A stretch of 44,784 nucleotides of DNA from Octopus bimaculoides (taxonomy: Eukaryota): positions 125,005,332-125,050,115 of the forward strand of contig NC_068982.1 of NCBI RefSeq assembly GCF_001194135.2, read 5' to 3'. Positions 23,768 to 36,779 of the stretch are shown here, one piece after another. Each line of letters begins with the position of its first letter. Within the stretch, counting starts at the first letter, position 1. The notes under the pieces were generated by a model, which was given only the letters and a program-made list of their open reading frames with translations, was not told where the DNA came from and did not search any database. The translations under genes were made by a program, and so were the position numbers.

Positions 23768-23802
23768 GCATAACGTTTCGGACGCAGTTCTTCGTCAGAT
23801 AC
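23768..23802 (-). ncRNA. Minimal type I hammerhead ribozyme motif (Penelope-like)
   Basis: GUAU CUGACGA A GAAC UGC GUCC GAAAC GU U AUGC: intact core, stem I 4 bp, stem II with one mismatch, palindromic ACGU stem III. Confidence 0.6.
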
Positions 23803-26046
23803 CAGAAGAAAGTCCGGGGAGAGAAAAAGAAAGAGAAAAAGAAAGAGAGGAAAGGAAAAGAGGAAAGAAAGTAAGAAAAGAGAGCAGGAAAAATACACAC
23901 GTGGATCACATCACATGATAATTGTGGATTTTAATGACAAGAGAGTACTTGTTGCTATGTATGTACGTATGTGGACGTATATGTGGGGGGCATACACACA
24001 TACATACATACATACATACATACATACGTACATACATGCATACATATAAGGTTAGTAGAGTTGGAGGTTAATCGTCTAAGGGATAAGAACATCTGTTTTA
24101 CTACCAGTATAATTACCTATGTTAACTCTGGGCATTCATGTACAAGCATATTATGCTCATAGGATACAGGAAATGACAAAGATAAACGTGAGTTTATCAG
24201 GAATCAAATTTTAATTTAGCAGAAAATGGAGAAATCTTGATCAACAAAAATTGACTAACATCGATTATAAGTTTTTAATACAAAACTTTATCCCATCTAA
24301 TAGTCGTTTCTGCTTTTAATGTCCTACGATGTTGCCATTGAATATTCTGAGAATAATATTCATCATATTTTGTAACACATGCGATCTGGAACATGGAGCT
24401 TCATCAGACTGAAGAAAAATACATAAAGAAAAGAAAAGAAAAGAGGAAAAGCCTCGAGAAGAAGAATGAAGGCTTAATATATTTAAATCATACCATTTTG
24501 TGGTGTAAGGCTTCAGGACGTTAACGTCTGCCCTCTGTCGGATTCCCAGACATGTTTCTAGCTCTTTGGCCGTAACCAATGAGAAATACTGACGAGAACC
24601 TACAACTCTGGACAGAATTAATGAAAGCCGTAGCTTTAACTAAAACGCAGCCAACAACATTGACTGATGTGTACCATTAGACCACCAGGTCAGAAAAAAT
24701 TACAGCGGTATCAGCGCCAAGCAGTGTTCATGCATAAATGGACTTTAGGTTTGAAACATGTCTCGGAATCCGACAGGAGGCAGCACTGGACTGATGTAGT
24801 GTTTTTTTTAGCCATAAGAGAGAATTTTTTCTCCACAGGAGCTGCAGTGAATTTGCCTATAGAAGTTGAAATATGTCACCAACATATTTTCACTAACCTG
24901 AAATTCTCTTATGTCTAAACACTGCCTGGCGCTGATATTGCTATANNNNNNNNNNNNNNNNNNNNNNNNNNNNNNNNNNNNNNNNNNNNNNNNNNNNNNN
25001 NNNNNNNNNNNNNNNNNNNNNNNNNNNNNNNNNNNNNNNNNNNNNNNNNNNNNNNNNNNNNNNNNNNNNNNNNNNNNNNNNNNNNNNNNNNNNNNNNNNN
25101 NNNNNNNNNNNNNNNNNNNNNNNNNNNNNNNNNNNNNNNNNNNNNNNNNNNNNNNNNNNNNNNNNNNNNNNNNNNNNNNNNNNNNNNNNNNNNNNNNNNN
25201 NNNNNNNNNNNNNNNNNNNNNNNNNNNNNNNNNNNNNNNNNNNNNNNNNNNNNNNNNNNNNNNNNNNNNNNNNNNNNNNNNNNNNNNNNNNNNNNNNNNN
25301 NNNNNNNNNNNNNNNNNNNNNNNNNNNNNNNNNNNNNNNNNNNNNNNNNNNNNNNNNNNNNNNNNNNNNNNNNNNNNNNNNNNNNNNNNNNNNNNNNNNN
25401 NNNNNNNNNNNNNNNNNNNNNNNNNNNNNNNNNNNNNNNNNNNNNNNNNNNNNNNNNNNNNNNNNNNNNNNNNNNNNNNNNNNNNNNNNNNNNNNNNNNN
25501 NNNNNNNNNNNNNNNNNNNNNNNNNNNNNNNNNNNNNNNNNNNNNNNNNNNNNNNNNNNNNNNNNNNNNNNNNNNNNNNNNNNNNNNNNNNNNNNNNNNN
25601 NNNNNNNNNNNNNNNNNNNNNNNNNNNNNNNNNNNNNNNNNNNNNNNNNNNNNNNNNNNNNNNNNNNNNNNNNNNNNNNNNNNNNNNNNNNNNNNNNNNN
25701 NNNNNNNNNNNNNNNNNNNNNNNNNNNNNNNNNNNNNNNNNNNNNNNNNNNNNNNNNNNNNNNNNNNNNNNNNNNNNNNNNNNNNNNNNNNNNNNNNNNN
25801 NNNNNNNNNNNNNNNNNNNNNNNNNNNNNNNNNNNNNNNNNNNNNNNNNNNNNNNNNNNNNNNNNNNNNNNNNNNNNNNNNNNNNNNNNNNNNNNNNNNN
25901 NNNNNNNNNNNNNNNNNNNNNNNNNNNNNGGTTGTAATGTTGCAGCATATTATGTTATATGTATGTTTGATTTGATATAGATTCTAATTGTTAATACGTA
26001 TACTTGCATAATAATGCTTACACTTGCATAATACTATTGATATAAA

Positions 26047-26101
<55 letters not shown>

Positions 26102-26336
26102 TGTGATCATTTACATGCACTCACACTTACATACACTGGCGCTCTTATTAAATCTCTATTTCTCCGGTCTTTTGCATATTTTCTACAAATAGCCAGGCCC
26201 ATTGTTAGATAACTCGTCTTGTTCAAATACACCATGAAATATCTGAAGCGGATACGAAAGCATAACACATCATTCGGTAGATTTCCCAGACTGTTACTCA
26301 TATATAGATATATTAAGATAAATTAACAGACAGACA

Positions 26337-26344
26337 GACAGACG

Positions 26345-26422
<78 letters not shown>
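26337..26422. repeat. (GACA)/(GATA)n microsatellite
   Basis: Read directly from the sequence. Confidence 0.95.
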
Positions 26423-26423
<1 letters not shown>

Positions 26424-27056
26424 TATTTTAGTTCGCCACGTACCGTACTGTACATTGGTTTATATCTCCCCTAGGTTGCCATCCATTTTGCATTAAACCT
26501 GATCTCGTTTCTTGTTATTCTCTTTGCCATGTAGCTAAGGCTTGCCCACTCTCGTTAACCACAACGAGGCTTCCATTCCAGCACCTCGTTTCGGTATATT
26601 TCCCTTTGCTCATTCTCAAATCACTATCAAATCACCTTAGGATTTTTAGTTCTCAACATTGCCGTTGTTCCCACTGATCTGTTCTCCTGAGTATTTCCAC
26701 ATTGATGATTTGGTCCCCTTATGTCACATTTATGATATGCATTCGGGCTTTTTTCATCATAGATTTTTAAAAAAAATAACCTGCCATGTTTCCTGTCAGA
26801 GAGAACAATGGACAGATATACTGAACTGTAAACTTCTTTTTTTCTATTTATTATTATTAACTATCTATTATAACTATCTATCATTAACTTGTTTCAGTAT
26901 TTGAAGTGTGGCCATGCTGGAGCACAGCCTTGAAAAGGTTTAGTTGAACAGATCGACCCCAGTGTTTATGTTTAAACAATATTAAAAGATAATCGTTATA
27001 TCCAACGTAACATGCGTGTCTTGTTCTAGAACATCGAATTTTATTTTTTTGTTTGT

Positions 27057-27251
27057 CTTGAGTGATCCTCTCGTACAGACGCTTGGTGCATAAAAGCACA
27101 CACATAGACGAGAATCACGTCATAGGCGCAGAGTTCCCAGAATGAAATCACGTGATATGGGAATTCTGGCGCCTATGGTAGAATTCTCGTCTGCTACGAT
27201 CTATGTGTGTGCTTTTAAACACCAAGCGCATATATGAGAGGATCTTACAAG
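27057..27251. mobile_element. Foldback/MITE-like long inverted repeat
   Basis: Arm gatcctctc...gcttggtg...aaaagcacacacatag...acgagaat...cataggcgc...ttccca is mirrored on the other side. Confidence 0.7.
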
Positions 27252-27374
27252 GCTAATGGCGTAGTATTCAGTGTTCTAACAACACATCTATATTAAGTTG
27301 GATATAAAGATTACTTTTTAGTATAAATATTGCTTCCGTCGTTAATAATTAAAACTTAATATTAATTCTTTGTG

Positions 27375-27808
27375 AGGCTGAGAGCTGGTAGAATCGTTAG
27401 CAAGTCGGGCAAATGCTTAGCAGCATTTCGTCCGACTTTACGTTCTGAGTTCAAATTCCGCCGAGGTCTACTTTAATTTTCATCCTTTCGTGGTCGATAA
27501 AATATCAGTTGATCAGAGGAATCGGAGTAATCGACTTACCTCCCCACCCTCGAAAAAAATTGCTGGCCTTGTGTCAAAATGGGAAACCAATATCAATTCT
27601 TTCTATTATAGGCACAAAGCCTAAAATTTTTCGGAAAGGAGCTAGTCGATTACATCGACATCAATGCTTATCGGGTACTTGATTTAACGACCCCGCGAAA
27701 GAGAGGAAAGGCACCGTCCTCTGCGGAATTTGAACTCAGAACGTAAAGCCTTAAACAATTCCACTGAGCATTTAGTTCGGTGTGCTAACGATCTTGCCAG
27801 CTGGCTGC
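27375..27808. mobile_element. Two family D SINEs tail-to-tail (+ 27375-27592, - 27596-27808)
   Basis: Family D motifs in opposite orientations with almost no spacer. Confidence 0.85.
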
Positions 27809-28081
27809 TGGCAGAATACTATTAAGGGTAGCGTTCTGTGTGCTCTGTCCCATTTTCAATATTTATAGTCCTCTCCCACAAGCGAATCTATGAAATAAGG
27901 CTCATTTTCAAAGTTTTCGTTGTTTACTTTGATCTGTTATACTGTCTTGACATACGAAATTCTTGGTTTTTGCACAATTTTTGCATTAAAGCCGAATTTT
28001 TCTACTTTGGCCTTCACAAAGTCTGTACGTGTTTGCAAACACTTCATTTCAGCATGGATCGTTATTCAGTTTAAAATAACA

Positions 28082-28119
<38 letters not shown>

Positions 28120-28222
28120 CACACGTACGCACACACGCGCGTACTGGCATACACGTATACATACACATAACACATAAATATGCATAAATATAGAGGTTCA
28201 TTTATATATACACATACATATT

Positions 28223-28300
<78 letters not shown>

Positions 28301-28308
28301 CGTATTTG

Positions 28309-28341
<33 letters not shown>

Positions 28342-29289
28342 ATATATATATATGTTGTTGTACTTGGGGATGGTCATATTGCCAGTTTAGTCATATATAT
28401 ATAAATGAACAGCTGCTTTATATTTTACAATAAATGGAACACGTCACCGTTAATCTAATCGACCTCAATACATGATCAGAACTTATTTCATCGACCTCTG
28501 CAAAATTCAGACCATATAACTTCATGCTATTGTCCCATATAACAGACAAATATACATACAGACAGACAAAATATAGTTTTATATTGTATTGTTCCATGTG
28601 CATGTGTATGCATATTTTGTATGTTTACCTGCAAAATATGTCGTTGCATTTTTGAGTGAATATGTAGAATGAACGGACAGTCATACACAAAAATCATCGG
28701 AAACCAATAAGATATAAAAACACTTTTGCTATGACTACATTGAATAAAACTAATGATTATTTTGTATGAACGTCACCAGTTGGTTATAGAGACACGTGTT
28801 TACAAAACCTGTAGCTGACAAAATAACCAGTCATTTGTAGCTATGCTGGAATATAATAACAATATTTCTATCGTTGAAAATTACAGTCGAAATATTCGTT
28901 CTTGTTATTTCAGTACATTGATTTCTAACTTAAGCATAGAGCCATGTATTTTACAGACGGGAAATTAAATATGTGGTAGTCATGCTTTTTTCAAAAAGCT
29001 TTAGTGATCAAAGTGAAAAAGCGTGTCTTCAGCTAAGCAATCAGAAGCACGTTTCGGAACCAAACCCACCCTGTAGCTCACGCTCTTGAGTATTCATCCA
29101 TTGTAGTAATAGTTTTTTACACAGCTGCAAATACTTCAGATTTTAGAGAAAATAGGAAATGGTGTAGCCTTTTCCAGAAATAAATTTATTGCCCAAACGG
29201 AACTAAAATTACTGTAACCAATTTCAAAATTTATTTGTAAACTATGGCAGTCACTTTCTGACATTTTATTCCTATGTACAATTATATGG

Positions 29290-29697
29290 TGTAGGCGCAA
29301 TGGCCCAGTAGTTAGGGCAGCGGGCTTGCGGTCATAGGATCGCGGTTTCGATTCCCAGATCGGACGTTGTGAGTGTTTATTGAGCGAAAACACCTAAAGC
29401 TCCACGAGGCTCCGGCAGGGGATGGTGGCAAACCCTGCTGTACTCTTCCACCACAACTTTCTCTCACTCTTACTTCCTGTTTCTGTTGTGCCTGTAATTC
29501 AAAGGGTCAGCCTTGTCACACTGTGTCACGCTGAATATCCCCAAGAACTACGTTAAGGGTACACGTGTCTGTGGAGTGCTCAGCCACTTGCACGTTAATT
29601 TCACGAGCAGGCTGTTCCGTTGATCGGATCAACTGGAACCCTCGACGTCGTAAGCGACGGAGTGCCAACAACAACAACAACAACAACAACAGCAACA

Positions 29698-29728
<31 letters not shown>

Positions 29729-29740
29729 CAACGACAACAG
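29290..29740 (+). mobile_element. SINE family A, full length, with tail expanded into (CAA)/(CAG)n
   Basis: tgtaggcgcaatggcccag...ggagtgccaacaacaac. Confidence 0.93.
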
Positions 29741-29989
29741 CTTCTTTACCAGTCTTAAAAGTCTTCAAGATCTTTTGTCTTTTTTTAAAACTCTAACACT
29801 TTATTCTTGATCAATAACAAATAATCGAACCATCAAGACCTTAGTAATGTCGCTAGCTTGGTGTATTACAGAAGACATTTCTATAAAGTGGTCAATACCG
29901 ACAGGAAACTCATGCGTCACTACGTTCCAATTTGCTTTCGCAATGTTCTTAGATTTCATCAGAGCGACCACTTCAGAATTGCTAACAAC

Positions 29990-30052
29990 GTTATGATGGA
30001 CAATGACAGTAAGCACGGCGACTATGTTGATGACGATGATGATGATGATGAC

Positions 30053-30095
<43 letters not shown>

Positions 30096-30495
30096 GATGA
30101 TGATGATGATGAGGAGGAGGAGGAGGAGGATGACGATGGCAATGATTACGATAATGATCATAATGACGACGACGACGACGACATCGATAATGATGATGAT
30201 GATGACCTTAAGGATGACGATGATGAAAACGACAATGATGACAGCGATGATTACGATGATGATCATGATGACAACGACGGTAATGATGATGATGGTGATG
30301 ATGACGATTAAGACGATGATTGTGATGACGACAATGATTACGATGATGAAAATAATGATAACGAAGACGACGATGTTGATGTTCATGATGATGATGATGG
30401 TGATGATGGTGGTAATGATGATAATAATGGTGATGGTGGTGATGATGATGATGACGATGATGATGATGATGATCATCATCATAATGATGATAGCT
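29990..30495. repeat. Degenerate (GAT/GAC)n microsatellite of about 500 bp
   Basis: Read directly from the sequence. Confidence 0.93.
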
Positions 30496-30641
30496 ATAAC
30501 ATCAAAAGTTAAAGCACGAACACGTTTTTAATTGCAGATTCATACAAGGTAGAATTGGATATGAACGCAGCACTATCTATCTATCTTTCTATCTATCGAT
30601 TGATCGATCTATCTATTTAGCTAGCTATCTAGCTATCTATC

Positions 30642-30762
<121 letters not shown>

Positions 30763-32601
30763 ATTAACAGAATGTGAGCTTAAAAAATGGAACTGAGTTA
30801 TGAGGGAGTGTGTTGGGTATGATGAAGAACTTATTTCTAAACGCAATATAGTTCACTGTGTTATCGATTTAACATAATTTCATGTCGTGTATCGATTTAT
30901 TGGAAAATAATCTACTGCGTTTATCATGAGATGCATTCACGGGGTCTCTTAAAGTACATCTTGGGCGTTTTCTCTAATTATTGCTTGGTGATTTGAGGTG
31001 ATTTGAGATAAATAAAACGGAACTAATAGGATTAGTTTTAAGGTAAAGAGAAACTTTAAATTTCATCGATTGAAAGCAAGGTAAAGGAATGTTTGTTATT
31101 TGAAGAAAAAAATTGTCTTTGATATTTTTTTTTTTATCTCTTGTACTATAAAAGCTTGAAGCAACTCACCGATTCCGCTAGTGGTATCAATGCACCAAAT
31201 AATTGAGATATTAGTAACCGCAATAATAAAAGTAACGAAAGCAAGAATAATAATAACAGCTACTGAGAAATCAACAATATCAAAAACTGCAAACATCGGC
31301 CACAAAGAAAGGAACATGGGAAACATTCAAAATATTTTTGTCTGATCTCTGTTAAGTTGCTTTGTATAGAAAATAGCTCTACCATATTCATTGACGGCAG
31401 TGTCTGCCTCTATCGTCAATGTAGCGTTGGACTAACATAGTGTTGGTAACATATGAATATTTCTCAGAATTCCGGTCCTCACAAACCACTTTGTTTTATT
31501 GTCACCGACACATCATATAATAACATCGGAAACATCGGTAACCAATTCCTTCTCCTCCAACGCCGCCGCCTTTTGCTTTTAAACTTTGTGATTTTATCAT
31601 AAGAAAAGAGCAAATACAATTAATATCGATCTGGCGGGGGAGTAAATGTCTTAAGTGTCGTGAGTCCGATAAAATATTAATATCCGTGGTGACTGATTTT
31701 GATTCAAATGTGTTTAGTAATACTCTACTAGTGAAACCACTTGGGCCTGCCTCAGGCGAGGAAATAAACGGTTCTATGGCACAATATTTTGTCCCTTTTG
31801 TTTTTTGACGTTTAGGGTTCGGTTTAAGAAATATTTGGTAGCTATTTCTAGTAAATCAAAAGACCGCGTAAATGTTCGTCTTCGTTGTATGTGTGTTTGT
31901 TTCCATTGCAGCGTCTTCTGGAATGTCGACAATGGAGGCTTTCGATTTGCTAAAAAAAAATGCATAATTTTAAATGTGTGTGAATTTTATATGATTTTTC
32001 TAAAAAAAATGGGTGATTTTCCTCATTACCATGCAAGAAAGTTTGAAAATAAATCTAGTGAAAATTTTAAATACTTCTAGTGGCTGGAAGAATTTTAAAA
32101 AGATCCAGAAGCCGTGAGGTTTGATATGGAGGTAGACATACTGCCATGTCTAATAATAAATAAGAGGGTTTAAAGCATGTTAAACTTGTCCAAAAACTCT
32201 CGCGAAGCAAAAAAGAAATATTTGTATATAAACTATGGCTGTTTTCTCGTTAGTAAAGAGATAAGAAAGGAAAGGAACAAAATATTTTGTTTATATTTTC
32301 CTTTCGTTTTATTTTTACATTTGCCAGGAGAGGGCGCTAATACTTGTCACTTTAAGAACCGACTGCGCTAACACACATATCGAGATTATTAGCACCTGTT
32401 CTCTAAATAAAAGGGCCATACTTAACATATTTATTTTCATCGTAGGGGTAAAATGTCAAATAAGATAATATTTATCTTGTAAAGTGATGTTTGCTATAGA
32501 ATAGAATTTACTTTTGTTGTATTTATTTACTTCCCTGTTTTTTTTTTGTTGTTTTTTTTTTGTTTCATTTGTTCAGTATTCTAACCTAATAAACGTTTTA
32601 G

Positions 32602-32713
32602 TCAGCAGCTCGGATTTCAAACGAACAATAGTGGAGAGCAAATAGAAGTGCTAGAAGAGATATTTTCCGACCTGAAGCTTAGTGTAGTTGATGAAAACCT
32701 AAACGATCGTCAG
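32602..32713 (+). CDS. Candidate coding exon (QLGFQTNNSGEQIEVLEEIFSDLKLSVVDENLNDRQ), unidentified
   Basis: CTAAC branch point about 20 nt upstream, T-rich tract, ttttag acceptor, donor CAG|GTGACA, protein-like composition. Confidence 0.3.
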
Positions 32714-33628
32714 GTGACACTGGTATTATATATTAGGTTTTGTGTGTAAACGTCTCCATATATACTAGCCCCTGCACNNNNNNNNNNNNNNNNNNNNNNN
32801 NNNNNNNNNNNNNNNNNNNNNNNNNNNNNNNNNNNNNNNNNNNNNNNNNNNNNNNNNNNNNNNNNNNNNNNNNNNNNNNNNNNNNNNNNNNNNNNNNNNN
32901 NNNNNNNNNNNNNNNNNNNNNNNNNNNNNNNNNNNNNNNNNNNNNNNNNNNNNNNNNNNNNNNNNNNNNNNNNNNNNNNNNNNNNNNNNNNNNNNNNNNN
33001 NNNNNNNNNNNNNNNNNNNNNNNNNNNNNNNNNNNNNNNNNNNNNNNNNNNNNNNNNNNNNNNNNNNNNNNNNNNNNNNNNNNNNNNNNNNNNNNNNNNN
33101 NNNNNNNNNNNNNNNNNNNNNNNNNNNNNNNNNNNNNNNNNNNNNNNNNNNNNNNNNNNNNNNNNNNNNNNNNNNNNNNNNNNNNNNNNNNNNNNNNNNN
33201 NNNNNNNNNNNNNNNNNNNNNNNNNNNNNNNNNNNNNNNNNNNNNNNNNNNNNNNNNNNNNNNNNNNNNNNNNNNNNNNNNNNNNNNNNNNNNNNNNNNN
33301 NNNNNNNNNNNNNNNNNNNNNNNNNNNNNNNNNNNNNNNNNNNNNNNNNNNNNNNNNNNNNNNNNNNNNNNNNNNNNNNNNNNNNNNNNNNNNNNNNNNN
33401 NNNNNNNNNNNNNNNNNNNNNNNNNNNNNNNNNNNNNNNNNNNNNNNNNNNNNNNNNNNNNNNNNNNNNNNNNNNNNNNNNNNNNNNNNNNNNNNNNNNN
33501 NNNNNNNNNNNNNNNNNNNNNNNNNNNNNNNNNNNNNNNNNNNNNNNNNNNNNNNGTTACATTCATATTGTTTCATTTGCTTTTGATTTGTAAATAAATG
33601 TATATCGGTTTCGGTTCACACATGCGCG

Positions 33629-33680
<52 letters not shown>

Positions 33681-33837
33681 AAGATTTTCACAGAAATGAT
33701 GAATTTAACTAATTATTGTTGTTTAATCCCGTCTCTGCCTGATCGAGCTTCCCTATGATCAAAACTTTGACAACCATGCCGTGAGCCTGCTGTTTATTTA
33801 CAAACCAATGTCCTACATTATTCTCTGCTTATTTTAA

Positions 33838-34098
33838 CCTTTTAGCATTTAAAACGGACATATCTGGCCAAAATATTCAACCTGTTTTACGTTCAAGCCG
33901 GCCCGATCCAGCCTTTAGCAACTACCCCACAATGTCATTGTTAAAATAAGCAATCACATAGCTATGAGATAACGCATATCTCAAAGCTATATCTCAAAGA
34001 TAACGATATTTCAAAACTTTGAGATAATGCATGATTAATTCAAAATAATGTCAATAAATAAGCATTACATTCAAAATAATAATCTGAATTCTAAAGGG
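33838..34098. mobile_element. piggyBac-type MITE
   Basis: TTAA at 33834-33837 and 34099-34102; termini ccttttagcattt / rc ccctttagaattc. Confidence 0.8.
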
Positions 34099-34607
34099 TT
34101 AAAGAGACGATATCGAGTATTTTGAGGGAATTTTTGTTGTTACTTCTAAGAGGTAAATCGACTACGTTGAGGATCCTTCTTTGTTTGTACTGGAATAGAA
34201 TGAGAATGATGGAGTAAATAGCCAAGTAGAAAAGATAGATTGGGAGGAACTGTGAGTATTCAAGCTTCGAGAATTCTCTAGGGCAGCACTAACTCTGTAA
34301 ATAAAGAGGTGATTAATTCTGATGGAAAATCAACACGATTTGAGAATAAAAAATTTTAATTTGGAAAATACAATAAAACAACTACACTTTTGAATGATGC
34401 CTCTCCTGCTTACAGTGCGAAAATATTTTATGAAATAGACACAAACATGGCTGAGTGGTAAGAAGCTCGCTTGGTATCTACGTAGGTTCAGGTTCAGGTT
34501 TATTGTTGTGCAAACAACATGAAATACGTAAACAAACGAGTTGAATAAGTAAAAAACGAGAGAAAAATGGAAAACAGGACAAGTAAACACAGAGAAAGGA
34601 CCCTTCA

Positions 34608-34826
34608 CAGTAATCTCTCGCCATATCGCGGTTCACCTATCGCGGTTCATTATTTAAGCTTACGTCGATTCCTCCGCGTTATTGTTTTGCATTTATAATA
34701 AAATAAGTATACACAAATTATGAAAAAAATATATATATACAGTACAGTACTGTTTCTACTTCGCGGATTTTCACCTATCGCAGTGAGGCTTGAAACGTAA
34801 CACCCGCGATAGTCAAGGGTTTACTG
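34608..34826. mobile_element. Tc1/mariner-pogo (Tigger-like) MITE
   Basis: TIRs cagtaatctctcgccatatcgcgg / ccgcgatagtcaagggtttactg; TA on the right, CA (mutated) on the left. Confidence 0.8.
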
Positions 34827-36052
34827 TATTTTCTTTCTTGTTATGAAACCCAATTAAACATATATTATTGGCTGGTGCTGCAGCTGCTGCTGTTGTTGTT
34901 ATTGTTGTTGTCTTATTCTTCATATTTGATCCCAGGTCAACAGACCTATGACATATGACCAGGCATTCTAGCCATGACCATCGTGCCTTTTTCCTACGTA
35001 CAGGGAACCTTTTAATGTTCTTGTCTAAGACTACAAGGTCTGATAAGATACGTTTAGCAAGTCAAGCTATTACACAGCAAGGTTCCCTTGAGAAATAGAT
35101 ATGTTCTTTAGAATTTTGACCCCTGATAAAGCTGTCTGTACTATAAACCCTATTACCTTCCCTCAGCAGAAATATATTTCCATATTTAGAATTTGTTCAA
35201 CTACCTACATTCATTGGAACCTCTGAATTAAAACATAGCACTTTGCACTGTTTTTTGTTTTTGTCTGTTTTTTTCTTGTTTTTTTTTTTTTTTCACTTCC
35301 CTCTTTATATTCAGCTAATAGAATGTTGACATTTCATATTCTATGTAGCTTATAACGTCGTTTGTTATTAATTAACATGGAGATTTTGTCACTGAAAAAT
35401 CGATAAGATCAAGTTAGGTCTTGAAAGGAAAAATACGTATAACCTCTACCCCCCCCCACTCTCTCTCATACACATACACTCCCCGCTCGACCCCTTGTCT
35501 CTCCCTGTATTTCAAATATATTCGCATATATCCACTAACATGAAACTAGTCGCTTTCAAAGGAATATTCGCATTAGCTAACGTATAGTGAAATAAAATTC
35601 AACAAATTTTCTATAGTTAATATTTAAAAGGTTTTGAAAATATAAAATTTTTCACAAAACAAATTATTCAAATAAAAATTATAAGAATTTATTTTTATAT
35701 TAGCTAAACTCATTAGTACGATGCTCATGATAATTCTTTATCCTCCCGGTTTAAATATGTTTTATTCAATCTTTTTTTTTTTGCATACATGTTATACACA
35801 AACGAATACACATTACTTATTGTCACTGAGACACACTTCAGTACATATTACGCATACACTGACACTAAATCTTTCTTCTAATAACATTACTTCCTTTCGA
35901 GCATGCGCACTGATATTCTCTCTCAAACTAACATTCGAGATCAAAGTGAATGCGGACTGCAAAAAGTATGAATGTGAATGGTAAAAATAAATATATAGTA
36001 AGAAAAAGAACAATTTTATTAAAACCGAAGAAAAAAACCTGCAAAAAACACG

Positions 36053-36093
<41 letters not shown>

Positions 36094-36779
36094 GAAGTTA
36101 ATTCATTTATTATTTCTTTCGTAGTCCTAGTTGTAAGATATAAACCATTTCCTGTAAAAGAAATGCAGCTTTTAGTCTAATTAGAACAAATAAACGTTCT
36201 TACATTCTCGATTATTGCTTTAAAATAAAAATAAAAGTACCACATTCTAATGATATTAGTATTGGGAGAAAAGAGATTTAATTGGAGAAAATTGTTTCCA
36301 TTGATTTATGCTAAAGTTATAACGTATCGTGTATATCTAGGGAGACTTACACCTATTCACGTAGCATTTTTTCAATATTTTTTTTTCTTTCAACTACCCA
36401 CCATCTCTTTACACTAAATTTAGAAAATGCTTACAATCAGCATGCATGCATTCTACATTTAGAATGTATGGATTCAACATATACGCATTCTAAATTAAGT
36501 AAAAAAGATCTCTCTCTCTCTCTCTCTCTCTCACATACACACACACACACACATACACACACGTATATATGTAGCAGAATTACAAATAGAAAGTGCATGG
36601 TATAATATTATATATTTAAATAGAATGAACAGAAATGGCTTTTCTGATAATTTTTCCACATTATTAATTAGATGTTTATAAATCATTAAGTGTTATATAC
36701 ATACATACATAAAAACACACATACACATATATACATACAGATGTATATATGTATATAACTCAATATGTGCAACCCTTGA

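Noticed and set aside
29050-29095. acgtttcgg motif resembling the Penelope hammerhead end
   Set aside because: No CUGANGA core at the right spacing.
31170-31262. Minus-strand phase 1-1 exon encoding a hydrophobic helix
   Set aside because: The hydrophobicity comes from decayed (ATT)n-like sequence; the strong donor alone is insufficient.
32761-32777. Possible Helitron 3' end (minus strand gtgcaggggCTAG|T)
   Set aside because: Truncated by the gap; hairpin and 5' end cannot be seen.
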